A stretch of 64,000 bases of DNA, from positions 302,838 through 366,837 of the forward strand of contig DASZXY010000013.1 of assembly GCA_035545635.1 (NCBI GenBank). The letters are read 5' to 3'. The DNA comes from Mycobacteriales bacterium. GTDB taxonomy: Bacteria > Actinomycetota > Actinomycetes > JAFAQI01. The notes under the pieces were generated by a model. That model saw only the letters and a program-made list of their open reading frames with translations. It was not told the DNA's origin and made no database searches. Each line of letters starts with the position of its first letter. The stretch's first letter is position 1. Shown here in pieces: positions 25,916-34,921 of the stretch. The translations under genes and the position numbers were made by a program.

Positions 25916-27424
25916 ATGACGCTCGCGAGCCTCTCGGGAGTCGCGGAGGATTCGCGGATCGCCGTCGAGGACGGTGCGACACGGCTCACCTGGCGCGAGC
26001 TCGAACGGAAGACGAACCAGTTCGCCCACGGGCTCGAGTCACTCGGCGCCACGCCGGGAAGCCACGTAGCGCTCTGCATCAGCAACCGGATCGAGTTCGT
26101 CGTCGCACTGATCGGTGCCTGGCGGGCGGGCTGCGCCTACACGCCGCTGAAGACGGGCTGGACCGCGCCGGAGGTCGACGCGGTTCTCGAGGACGCCCGG
26201 ACCGTGGCCGTCGTCACCGACCGTGACGGCGCGCGCGAGGCGGCGGGGCGACGAGACGTCGCGCTGGTCGATGTCGACACCGATGACTTCTCGCAGTGGC
26301 TCGACGGCCAACCGGATGCTCCGCTTCCGGACGACCGTTGCGGCTACAAGATGCCGTATACGTCAGGCACGACGGGCCGCCCCAAGGGCGTCGTGATGCG
26401 CGGGTCCGGCACGTCGAACTTCGCGTCCGGCTGGGCGGGCATCGCCTTCTGGGCGGAGGCGCTCGAGCTTCCGGGCGAGGGCGTACACCTGTTCTGCTCG
26501 CGGCTGTTCAACGGTGCACCGCAGACGTTCGGCTTCGGAGCGCTTGCGCGCGGCGCGACGTTGCGGATCCTCCGGCACTGGGACGCCGCCGAAGCGCTCG
26601 CTGCGCTCCGGCGACCCGACGTGACCTCGACGATCATGGTGCCGACAATGTTCCGGCAAATCCTGGCGCTCCCCGCGGAACAGCGCGACGGCCCGCCGCC
26701 AACGCTTCGCACGGTGCTGCACGGCGGGGAGCCCTGCCCCGTGCCACTGAAGGAGGCGATCGCCGAGGTCCTCGGCGAGGTGCTGGTCGAGTACTACGGC
26801 TTCACCGAGGGCGGGCTGACCATCGTCCGCCGCGACGAGTGGCGATCACACCGCGGAACCGTCGGGCGCCCGCTGCCCGGGATGCAGGTCAGCGTGTTGG
26901 ACGAGGATGGCAACGAAGTGCCGGTCAACACCGAAGGGACTGTGTACTTCACGCCGTCCAAGGGACGGATGTTCCGCTACCAGGGCGACGACGGAAAGAC
27001 CGAAGGGGCACACGTCGGCGACTCGTTCACGGTCGGCGACATCGGGCGCATCGACGCGGACGGCTTCCTTTATCTATGTGGGCGCGCTGCCGACGTCGTC
27101 GTGTCGGCGGGGGTCAACGTTTATCCGGCGGAAATCGACCAGGCGCTGAGCGACGTACCGGGGATCACCGACCTCGCAGCCGTCGGAGCGCCCGATGACG
27201 AGCGCGGCGAAGTGATCGCCGTATTCGTCGCGCTTGCCCGAGACGCGGACGAGGCCTCCGTGCGCGGCGCGATCGAGTCGACGTCCGCCGAGCGGCTCGC
27301 GCCGTACAAGCGACCCCGGACAGTGCACGTGGTCGACGAGATCCCGCGCGACCCGACCGGAAAGCTGCTGCGTCGGGTTCTGCGCGACCAGCTGTGGCAA
27401 GGCAAGCAACAGTTCGTTAACTGA
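25916..27424 (+). CDS. AMP-dependent synthetase/ligase (acyl-CoA synthetase)
   Basis: YTSGTTGRPKGV and YYGFTEGG motifs. I trimmed the start to ATG 25916. Confidence 0.9.
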   Translation: MTLASLSGVAEDSRIAVEDGATRLTWRELERKTNQFAHGLESLGATPGSHVALCISNRIEFVVALIGAWRAGCAYTPLKTGWTAPEVDAVLEDARTVAVVTDRDGAREAAGRRDVALVDVDTDDFSQWLDGQPDAPLPDDRCGYKMPYTSGTTGRPKGVVMRGSGTSNFASGWAGIAFWAEALELPGEGVHLFCSRLFNGAPQTFGFGALARGATLRILRHWDAAEALAALRRPDVTSTIMVPTMFRQILALPAEQRDGPPPTLRTVLHGGEPCPVPLKEAIAEVLGEVLVEYYGFTEGGLTIVRRDEWRSHRGTVGRPLPGMQVSVLDEDGNEVPVNTEGTVYFTPSKGRMFRYQGDDGKTEGAHVGDSFTVGDIGRIDADGFLYLCGRAADVVVSAGVNVYPAEIDQALSDVPGITDLAAVGAPDDERGEVIAVFVALARDADEASVRGAIESTSAERLAPYKRPRTVHVVDEIPRDPTGKLLRRVLRDQLWQGKQQFVN

Positions 27425-27446
27425 GCGCACCTAAACTTCCGCCGCG

Positions 27447-28478
27447 ATGAAGGTTCTTGTCACCGGCGGGACCGGGTTCGTCGGCGCTCATGCCGTCAAG
27501 GCGCTGCTCGGCGCCGGCCATGAGGTCCGACTGCTCGTCCGCCGACCGGAACGCGTCGCGCCCACGCTCGGCGCGATGGGCGTCGACACCGCGGCGCTTG
27601 ATGTCGTCGAAGGCGACATGGTCGATACCGACGCGGTCGGCCGCGCCGTCAAGGGCATGGACGCCGTCATCCATGCCGCCGCTGTGGTGGCCGCACTCGA
27701 TCGCAAGAGCGCGGAAGCCGCCTTAGACATCAATGTGACCGGCACGAAGACGGTGCTCAGTGCGGCGCTCGCGGAAGGCTGCGACCCCGTCGTACATGTC
27801 TCGTCCATCGCAGCGGTGTTCACGCCGCGCGTGGACCTGCTGACGGCCGACCTGCCGCCAGTCGTCGATGCCGCCAACCCGTACACGCGGTCGAAGGCGA
27901 TCGCGGATGAGTTCGCACGCGAGCGACAGGCAGCGGGCGACCCGGTCGTCATCGTCTATCCCGGCGGCGTCTGCGGCCCCAACGCAGGAGAGCTCTGCGG
28001 CGACGCCGCAGAGGGCTTCGCGTCGATCCTGAGTATCGGTTTCCTCGCGGTGACAGGAGGCGGCGTCAACGTCATCGACGCGCGCGACCTCGCCGCCGTC
28101 CTCGTCGCCACGCTCGTTCCAGGGCGCGGCCCCCGCCGCTACATGGTGGGCGGGACGCTCGTGTCCCTGGCCGGACTTGTCAGTGTGTTCCGACGCGCCA
28201 CGGGCCGGCGCATCCCGTCGGTGCGCACTCCCGGGGCCCTCTACCGAGGCCTCGGCGCGTTGTTCGACACGATCCGCCGGGTGATCCCCTTCAGCACCGT
28301 GTTCACCGCCGAGGGCATGCAGTTGCTGACCCTGGCCAAGGACACCGACGACTCGGCGGTTCACGACGATCTCGGCGTCGTCTACCGCGATCCCGAAACG
28401 ACGCTCGAGGACACCCTCCGGGGGCTGTACGACGCCGGTCATCTCACCCCGAAACAAGCGGGTGCGCTCGCTCGTTGA
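27447..28478 (+). CDS. NAD-dependent epimerase/dehydratase family (extended SDR) protein
   Basis: MKVLVTGGTGFVGAHAV and YTRSK motifs. Confidence 0.85.
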   Translation: MKVLVTGGTGFVGAHAVKALLGAGHEVRLLVRRPERVAPTLGAMGVDTAALDVVEGDMVDTDAVGRAVKGMDAVIHAAAVVAALDRKSAEAALDINVTGTKTVLSAALAEGCDPVVHVSSIAAVFTPRVDLLTADLPPVVDAANPYTRSKAIADEFARERQAAGDPVVIVYPGGVCGPNAGELCGDAAEGFASILSIGFLAVTGGGVNVIDARDLAAVLVATLVPGRGPRRYMVGGTLVSLAGLVSVFRRATGRRIPSVRTPGALYRGLGALFDTIRRVIPFSTVFTAEGMQLLTLAKDTDDSAVHDDLGVVYRDPETTLEDTLRGLYDAGHLTPKQAGALAR

Positions 28479-28492
28479 GACACACTGTGCGG

Positions 28493-29056
28493 ATGCGTGA
28501 CGGGCTACGCCGAGCCATCCTCGTGGTGACGGCTGCCGCGGGTGCCGCCGTCGCGGTGCCGGCGGGTGCGAACACGCCGAACTTCGCGCCGTACCACGCA
28601 CCGACGTTCCACTGCCCGGCCGTGCATCACTACGGCAACGGCGTCGGACCGAAGCCGGGCACTCTCAACGGCACGACGCTGTGTGTGATCTACAACAAAC
28701 GCGACATCACCGCCGACAACGGTGGCGCGGTGCGCTTCTCGTTCGCCGAGCCCGGCCGATTCGCAGTGGCGGGCAAATGCCAGTACTGGCAGCGCGACCA
28801 TTGGCGGATCCGCGTCGACCGCGGCTTCGGCACGATCGTTTCGTGGGACGGCAGCTACTGGTGGGACCTGCGCAACGGCTACGGCGGAGCGGTCCTACGC
28901 AACTTCAAGGTGGGCGGCTTGCCGGTCGGCGCCTATCAGGCCGCGGCCGTGGTCTCGACGGTGAGCCCGCCGCTCGCCGCGCAGATGCGCCGTTATGGCG
29001 GCCGGAACGGTGGCTTCGGCGCCGAGGTCACAATGCCGTCAGGCATCGGTTGCTGA
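28493..29056 (+). CDS. secreted hypothetical protein
   Basis: Signal peptide MRDGLRRAILVVTAAAGAAVAVPAGA; Trp/Gly/Cys-containing mature part. The start is uncertain (TTG 28475 or ATG 28493). Confidence 0.6.
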   Translation: MRDGLRRAILVVTAAAGAAVAVPAGANTPNFAPYHAPTFHCPAVHHYGNGVGPKPGTLNGTTLCVIYNKRDITADNGGAVRFSFAEPGRFAVAGKCQYWQRDHWRIRVDRGFGTIVSWDGSYWWDLRNGYGGAVLRNFKVGGLPVGAYQAAAVVSTVSPPLAAQMRRYGGRNGGFGAEVTMPSGIGC

Positions 29057-29079
29057 GGCGTCGGGCATCGGCTGCTGAG

Positions 29080-29814
29080 GTGCCGTCCGGATCCAAGTAC
29101 GGCGGGCTGAGCCGTCGGCAGGTGCTGTGGCTGGCAGGTATCGGAATGGCCGGCCTGCCGGCGGTCGCGAACGCCGCAACAGCGCCGGGGTCATCCGGTC
29201 AACCAAGCCCTCCTAGTCCCCTCGGATTGGTCGGTACCGACCCGGTCGGCCTGCTCGGCACGTCCACGGATCCGGAGACGATGACCATCGAGGCCGTCGC
29301 GGACACGCTGATTCCCGGCGCGAAGCGCTTCGACGGCGACGTGGCGATCGCCGGCGTCGCCCGCGGTGCCGGCGCCGTGCAGGCGGGGGCGCTCGAGTTC
29401 ATGCGCTTCCGCGGGACCGGCGTCGGCGTCGCACTCCCGGTGTTCGCGGCCGCGGTCAACACCGAAGCTGTTGCCTACGCGGCGCAACACGGCAAGGCGA
29501 CCGACCCGACACTGCCGCCGTTCGTTGCGCTCGACTACAAGGACCGCAAGGCGATGCTCGACAACCTCCTCAACTCCGGCGGCGGGCAAGAGACGTTGAT
29601 CTGGTTCGCGCTCGCCGGTCTGGTGTTCCTCGCGTATCACACCGCGGGCCACCTCCACACGGCTGACGCGGTGCGCAGCGGCCACCCAGGGCTGAAGGCG
29701 ATCGGCTTCCCACAGCCGGACCGCGACGGGCTGTGGCGGTTCCCGAAGTTCTCCTACCGGCGCAAGCTCGCCAGGATTCATCCGCACACGACCAAGACCG
29801 GTAACCCCGCATGA
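29080..29814 (+). CDS. Tat-signal small subunit (gluconate 2-dehydrogenase subunit 3-like) partnering the GMC oxidoreductase
   Basis: Twin-arginine motif SRRQVLWLAGIGMAGLPAVANA. It overlaps the GMC gene by 4 nt. The only in-frame start upstream of the RR motif is GTG 29080. Confidence 0.7.
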   Translation: MPSGSKYGGLSRRQVLWLAGIGMAGLPAVANAATAPGSSGQPSPPSPLGLVGTDPVGLLGTSTDPETMTIEAVADTLIPGAKRFDGDVAIAGVARGAGAVQAGALEFMRFRGTGVGVALPVFAAAVNTEAVAYAAQHGKATDPTLPPFVALDYKDRKAMLDNLLNSGGGQETLIWFALAGLVFLAYHTAGHLHTADAVRSGHPGLKAIGFPQPDRDGLWRFPKFSYRRKLARIHPHTTKTGNPA

Positions 29815-31424
29815 GCCCGGTCACGGAGACCACCGACGTACTCGTCATCGGATCGGGTCCGGGCGGCGCGATCCCGGCGTACCGGCTCGCCGCGGCGGGT
29901 GCGAAGGTCACGATCCTCGAGCGCGGACCATGGCTGGAGACCCACGACTTCACGCACGACCTGCGCATCGACACCTACACGCGGATCGTCGACTACATCA
30001 CCGCGAACGGCGTGAGCGTCGTCGCGGGCAACTGCGTCGGCGGCTCGAGCGTCATCTACTTCGCCGGAGCGCTGCGCGCACCGACGTTCGTGTTCGACCG
30101 CCAGGCGAACGGACGGCGGCTCTGGCCGAAGGACAGCACGCGCTCGTCGATCGACCCTTGGTACGACCTGGTCGAGGAGACGCTGCCGATCGCGCAGCAG
30201 GCCTGGAACGACGTGCCGTATCCCGGCGGGGTGTGGGCGGCGGCATGCCACAACGCGGGACACACCTGCAACCCGGTGCCAGTCGCGGTCGACCTGAACG
30301 AGTGCACCAACTGCAACTGGATGCTCAACGGGTGCCGGTTCGGCGCGAAGCGCTCGATGCTGCTGAACTACTTGCCTGCTGCCACGGAGCACGGCGCTGA
30401 GATCCGTCCGTTGCACGAGGTGCAGACGATCTCGCCCGCGTTGACGTCGGGCTATCGCTACGCCGTGGAGTACCTGACGCTGACCGAAAGCGACTACCGC
30501 GTCCCTGAGGGCGGCGGCGTCATCGAGGCGAAGATCGTGATCCTCGCGGCTGGCGCGATGGCAACCCCGGTGCTGCTTCAGCGTTCCGCGCCGCTGCTCG
30601 GCAGCATGCCACCCGCAGTCGGAAAGTACTTCTCCCCCAACGGCGACCGGGTGTCGATGGCGCTGATGAATGAGCGCAAGGTTCACTCGGTGCTCGGCCT
30701 GGAGCGCAAACCGGGTGTGGCGTACGACGCGTTCCCGGTCGGCAAGCCGATCGGCTCGATGACGTACGACTTCCTTGACGGCTCGCGCCAGGTCGGTGAG
30801 CGATACGGGCTGCAGCAGATCTACTTTCCGACGATCACCAACATCCTCCCGGAGGCGACGCCCGGGGGTGACTGGTTCGGTCCGGCGAAGAAGCACCTGA
30901 CCGACCGCTGGCGGTCGTGGCTCACCATCCTGGCGATGGTCGAGGACAACAACGAGGGCACCTTCGGCACGCCACCGCCGACGGGCGCGTTCGTCCGCGT
31001 CGACTCCGCCGCTGCGGTGTCGACCCTGAACTACCGGCCGTCGCCGGCGACGGTTCGCGCCTGGAAGAGCTCGGATGCCGCGGTGAAGCGGATCATCGAG
31101 AAGGACGGGGTGGGCGAACACCTCGGCTGGTCCGCGACGCGCAACTATCTGTCTGCGCATCCCCTCGCGTCGTGCCGCATCGGCGACGACCCTGCGACGT
31201 CGGCGTGCGAGCCGTCGCACCAGCTGCGGGGCCACCCAGGGCTCTACGTCACCGACGGCGCTTCGGTGCCTACATCGCTGTGCGTGAACCCGTCGTTGAC
31301 GATTGCGGCGCTCGCCGAACGGGCCAGCCGGACGATCGTGAAGGAAGCCGGCTCGCTCGGCGTACGCGTCCACACCGGGCACACGCCGCCGCCAGGCAAC
31401 GGTGCCCTCCGGCGCCCGAAGTAG
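29811..31424 (+). CDS. GMC family FAD-dependent oxidoreductase (cholesterol/choline oxidase-like)
   Basis: DVLVIGSGPGGAIPAYRLAAAGAKVTILERG ADP-binding motif; the C-terminal HPLASCRIG...LYVTDGS is typical of GMC enzymes. Confidence 0.9.
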   Translation: MSPVTETTDVLVIGSGPGGAIPAYRLAAAGAKVTILERGPWLETHDFTHDLRIDTYTRIVDYITANGVSVVAGNCVGGSSVIYFAGALRAPTFVFDRQANGRRLWPKDSTRSSIDPWYDLVEETLPIAQQAWNDVPYPGGVWAAACHNAGHTCNPVPVAVDLNECTNCNWMLNGCRFGAKRSMLLNYLPAATEHGAEIRPLHEVQTISPALTSGYRYAVEYLTLTESDYRVPEGGGVIEAKIVILAAGAMATPVLLQRSAPLLGSMPPAVGKYFSPNGDRVSMALMNERKVHSVLGLERKPGVAYDAFPVGKPIGSMTYDFLDGSRQVGERYGLQQIYFPTITNILPEATPGGDWFGPAKKHLTDRWRSWLTILAMVEDNNEGTFGTPPPTGAFVRVDSAAAVSTLNYRPSPATVRAWKSSDAAVKRIIEKDGVGEHLGWSATRNYLSAHPLASCRIGDDPATSACEPSHQLRGHPGLYVTDGASVPTSLCVNPSLTIAALAERASRTIVKEAGSLGVRVHTGHTPPPGNGALRRPK

Positions 31425-31435
31425 AGACTGTCCGG

Positions 31436-32368
31436 GTGAGCGACGATCTGGCCGGCGGACCGCGCTGGCGTGGGCAGCGCGGACGGCTCGAGGTCTGGTA
31501 CGCGACCGCGACCGATCACGCGAGCGGCACGGGGTTGTGGGTGCACCACGAACGGGTCGCGCCGACCGAAGGCGAGCCATACGCCCACGGCTGGGTCGCG
31601 CTGTTCCCTCCGGATGAGATGCCAGTTGTCGAGCGCTTCGGGCACGAGCCGTACGGCGACCCCGACGAGGGGCAGTGGTTCACCAGCGCCTCGGCCTCGG
31701 TAGGACCCGGTCGGTTCCGCGGCACTGCAACCAACGACTCCACCTGGGACATCGAGTGGGCGGAGGCAGACCGTCCGATGTGGACGCTGCCGAAGCGAGT
31801 CTGGGCGCGGGAACTGCTGCCGTCAGCGCACGTCGTACTCGCACCAAAAGCAGCGATGTCGGGCCAGATCACGGTGGCGGGAAGATCCCTGTCGCTTGAC
31901 GGCACCGGAGCGGTATCGCACATCTATGGGCACGGCAATGCACAGCGGTGGGGCTGGCTGCATGCCGATCTCGACGAGGACACGTCGCTCGAGATCGTCA
32001 GTGCGGTCGCGCGGCGACCGGGCATGCGCGCGCTTCCGCCGCTGGCGTTCGTGCAGCTGCGCCGCAGCGGCGACGACTGGCCAGGCGACCCGCTCCTGAC
32101 GGCACCGCTGTTCCGCAGTCGGTTGTCGTCGCCCAGGTGGCGCCTTCGTGGCGTCGTCGGTCGGACGCGACTGACGGTGACGGTGAACCAGCCCGAGGAC
32201 CGCTGCGTGCGACTCGACTACACCGATCCGAACGGCGACGGCGCGGTCTGCACCAACACCGAGCGCGCCGACGTCGTGGTGAAGGTCGACCGATGGCGAG
32301 GCCGATGGATCACCGAAGCCGAGTGGTCAGTCGAAGGCACCGGACACAGCGAACTAGGCACCCGCTGA
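31436..32368 (+). CDS. hypothetical protein (possibly a tocopherol-cyclase/AttH/CrtC-like beta-barrel)
   Basis: 310 aa, with a GTG start 12 nt after the GMC stop. The segment GAVSHIYGHGNAQRWGWLHA is reminiscent of the tocopherol-cyclase-like family. The family assignment is tentative. Confidence 0.55.
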   Translation: MSDDLAGGPRWRGQRGRLEVWYATATDHASGTGLWVHHERVAPTEGEPYAHGWVALFPPDEMPVVERFGHEPYGDPDEGQWFTSASASVGPGRFRGTATNDSTWDIEWAEADRPMWTLPKRVWARELLPSAHVVLAPKAAMSGQITVAGRSLSLDGTGAVSHIYGHGNAQRWGWLHADLDEDTSLEIVSAVARRPGMRALPPLAFVQLRRSGDDWPGDPLLTAPLFRSRLSSPRWRLRGVVGRTRLTVTVNQPEDRCVRLDYTDPNGDGAVCTNTERADVVVKVDRWRGRWITEAEWSVEGTGHSELGTR

Positions 32369-32378
32369 CGAAGCGACG

Positions 32379-33179
32379 ATGAACGCAATAGCGATCCCGT
32401 TTGCCCTCGTCGGCGTGTTGTACGGCGGCATCGTCGGCCTAAGTGCGTTGCGCGCATCTTCCCGGTCACCCGCCGGGATCGTCCGCCGGCTCTTTCAGAC
32501 GGGGCAACCGGTCGTCATCGATGGCGACACCATCACTTTGCTCTGGGATCCCTCCCGCCCCATCGGGCGAGGCGGATTCGCCGGTCGAGGTTCCACGACG
32601 TACACGCTCGAGCCACCAAACACGATTCGAGCATGGTTCGTGCCGGCATCGGGACCGGCAGTCGAGAGCTGCGGCGTCATACCCGACGTGCTGATGCCTG
32701 ATCCGCCGGAAGCAAGACGACGAAGGCGTATTGCGCGCGCGATCATCGCGCTCTACGTCTTCGCGGGCGTCGTCGCCTTCGTCCTGCCCGCCGAGTTGGT
32801 GGACGGATCGACGGCGTTCAAAGTGAGGGTCGGCGCCCTGTCAGCCGTCGGCTTGGTGACCATGGCGTGGTTTGCCACCCACCTGTTGCTAGTCGCTCGC
32901 CGCACGGTCGCCGAGGGTGCCACGGCGCATCCATTGCTCTTCCGCCTGCGGCATCTCGCGGCCTGGTTCGCGGGCATGCTGGTCGTCTCAGCGGCGCTCG
33001 CCGTTGCGTGGCGACTCGGCGACACCGGCCAGCCCGGGCAGACAACGACGTCCTGGCCCAACGCGTTCATCAGCACGACCATCTTCGTGTTCACGTGCAC
33101 GGCAATGGTGGCGGCCACGACCCATCATCACCACTACGTCCACCACACCGACTCGAAGAGTCACGACGGCAGCGGCTGA
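32379..33179 (+). CDS. integral membrane protein with a His-rich C-terminal tail
   Basis: About 5 hydrophobic segments; C-terminus TTHHHHYVHHTDSKSHDGSG. Confidence 0.6.
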   Translation: MNAIAIPFALVGVLYGGIVGLSALRASSRSPAGIVRRLFQTGQPVVIDGDTITLLWDPSRPIGRGGFAGRGSTTYTLEPPNTIRAWFVPASGPAVESCGVIPDVLMPDPPEARRRRRIARAIIALYVFAGVVAFVLPAELVDGSTAFKVRVGALSAVGLVTMAWFATHLLLVARRTVAEGATAHPLLFRLRHLAAWFAGMLVVSAALAVAWRLGDTGQPGQTTTSWPNAFISTTIFVFTCTAMVAATTHHHHYVHHTDSKSHDGSG

Positions 33180-33198
33180 GTGAAGGGGTGCAGCCGCA

Positions 33199-33543
33199 CT
33201 ATCGCTTGCGGTGCTCGCGCTCGATTACTTTGGCGCGCTTCAGCATCGCGGGCACGAACCACTCCGGCAGGACCCGACTAGCTCGGAGATCGGCGACTTC
33301 CTGCTCCGACAGCTGCGGCACGAGGTCACTTGCCGCGAACTGCATCGCGCCGAACCGCGCCGCGCGGTCGGCTTTGACCATGTCGATCCCGAGCCCGAGG
33401 GTCCGCTCCCCCATGCCGGCTCGTCCGATGCGAGTGATGACGTCGAACCAGTGCCGGCTCTTCCGCTCGGCCACGTCTCGGCACACCAGCCAGGCCTGTC
33501 GCTGCACCGGAAGCCGCTCCCACTCGGCCGCACCGACCTCCAC
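33199..33543 (-). CDS. hypothetical protein (114 aa)
   Basis: GC3 is uniformly high across the ORF, with a GTG start. The C-terminal part (SEQEVADLRASRVLPEWF) looks like a conserved small actinobacterial family, but I am not certain of that. Confidence 0.5.
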   Translation of the reverse strand: MEVGAAEWERLPVQRQAWLVCRDVAERKSRHWFDVITRIGRAGMGERTLGLGIDMVKADRAARFGAMQFAASDLVPQLSEQEVADLRASRVLPEWFVPAMLKRAKVIEREHRKR

Positions 33544-33577
33544 AGCGAGAACGGTACGACGCGAGGATGATCACCGC

Positions 33578-33943
33578 ATGGCGACCAGATCCGTGATCTT
33601 TCACATCACCGAGCCCGACATATGGGCCAAGGCTGCCGAAGCGGGCAGGTTCACCGGCTCGACCAGAGACCAGTCGCTCGACGACGTCGGATTCATCCAC
33701 TGCTCGTATGAGGACCAGGTCGAGATGATCGCCAACTTCGTCTACCCGGACTGGGACGAGGAGCTCGTCCTGCTCGAGATCGACCCCGCACGCATCGGCG
33801 TGGACCTCAAGGTGGAGAGCGCCATTGAAGCAGGACCGATGTTCCCGCACATCTACGGCCCACTACCGACCGCAGCAGTCACCGCGGTCCACCCGCTCGT
33901 GAGGAACGATGGCCGCTGGGTCCTCCCGCAACCAAGCGCCTGA
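33578..33943 (+). CDS. DUF952 family protein
   Basis: IFHITEPDIWAKA...GFIHCSYEDQV...FPHIYGPLP is typical of DUF952. I trimmed the start to ATG 33578. Confidence 0.8.
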   Translation: MATRSVIFHITEPDIWAKAAEAGRFTGSTRDQSLDDVGFIHCSYEDQVEMIANFVYPDWDEELVLLEIDPARIGVDLKVESAIEAGPMFPHIYGPLPTAAVTAVHPLVRNDGRWVLPQPSA

Positions 33944-33945
33944 AG

Positions 33946-34009
33946 CGCCGAGCCCAACAATTTGGGCGTCTCAGGGGGGCCTGAGACGCCCAAATTGTTG
34001 GGCTCGGCG
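33946..34009. terminator. perfect 30-bp-stem palindrome (GGGG loop) filling the convergent intergenic gap; candidate bidirectional terminator or REP-like element
   Basis: CGCCGAGCCCAACAATTTGGGCGTCTCAGG gggg CCTGAGACGCCCAAATTGTTGGGCTCGGCG, read directly. It is flanked by the stop codons at 33941-33943 and 34010-34012. Confidence 0.7.
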
Positions 34010-34921
34010 TTACAGACGCAGGTCGTTTCCTACAGCGAAGGTGTGGCGGTTGCCGTCGGCGAGGTAGTGGCCGACCGATCTCTCCAGCTCCGCGACCGTC
34101 CAGGTGTCGCCATCGCTCGCGAACGCGGCTTCCAGCTTTGGCGCGTGCATCACGCCGACCTTGCCGCCGTAGGTCACGAAGACGTTGCCGTTGACATGGT
34201 CGGCTTGGCGGGTGCCGAGCCAAACGACGACGGGCGCCACATGCTCGACCGCGAGCGGATCGATCTCGTCGTCTGCCGGCGGCGGGAAGACACCCTCGGT
34301 CATCGCGGTGCGCGCCCGCGGCGCGATCGCATTCGCCCGCACGCCATAGCGTGCACAGCCGTTCGCGATCGACAGGGTCAACAGCGCGATACCCGCCTTG
34401 GCGGCCGCGTAGTTCGGCTGACCTGGGGACCCGAAGAGGAACGCCTCCGAGGCGGTGTTGATGACGCGCGCCCAGACCGGTCCCTCCGCGGCCTTCGACT
34501 TCTCCCGCCAGTACGCAGTCGCGGCCTGACACGTTGCGGCATGGCCGCGGAGGTGGACGCGAATCACGGTGTCCCACTCGTCGGCGGTGATGCTGAAGAT
34601 CATCCGGTCACGCAGAACGCCGGCATTGTTCACGAGGACGTTGAGGTCGCCGTACTCATCGACCGCTCGTCGCACGAGCGATGTCGCGAAGTCCCAGTCG
34701 CCGATGTCGCCGGGTACGCCGATCGCCTCGCCGCCAGCGGCGCGGATCTCCTCGGCCACCACGTTGGCGTTGTCACCGATGTCATTGACGACGACCTTCG
34801 CGCCCGCAGCAGCGAGGGCGAGCGCCTCAGCGCGGCCGAGCCCGACGCCTGCCCCAGTGACGACGGCGACGCCACCGGCGAGCTCCTCGCCGGAGAATGA
34901 CGGGACGAGTGGCTTGGCCAT
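34010..34921 (-). CDS. SDR family oxidoreductase, ~300-aa subtype
   Basis: VTGAGVGLGRAEA, YAAAKAG; third paralog of this subtype. Its start shares 1 nt with the upstream stop. Confidence 0.9.
   Translation of the reverse strand: MAKPLVPSFSGEELAGGVAVVTGAGVGLGRAEALALAAAGAKVVVNDIGDNANVVAEEIRAAGGEAIGVPGDIGDWDFATSLVRRAVDEYGDLNVLVNNAGVLRDRMIFSITADEWDTVIRVHLRGHAATCQAATAYWREKSKAAEGPVWARVINTASEAFLFGSPGQPNYAAAKAGIALLTLSIANGCARYGVRANAIAPRARTAMTEGVFPPPADDEIDPLAVEHVAPVVVWLGTRQADHVNGNVFVTYGGKVGVMHAPKLEAAFASDGDTWTVAELERSVGHYLADGNRHTFAVGNDLRL

Noticed and set aside
29778-31580. 600-aa minus-strand ORF
   Set aside because: It is antisense to the GMC oxidoreductase gene, with Arg-rich low-complexity composition and no motifs.
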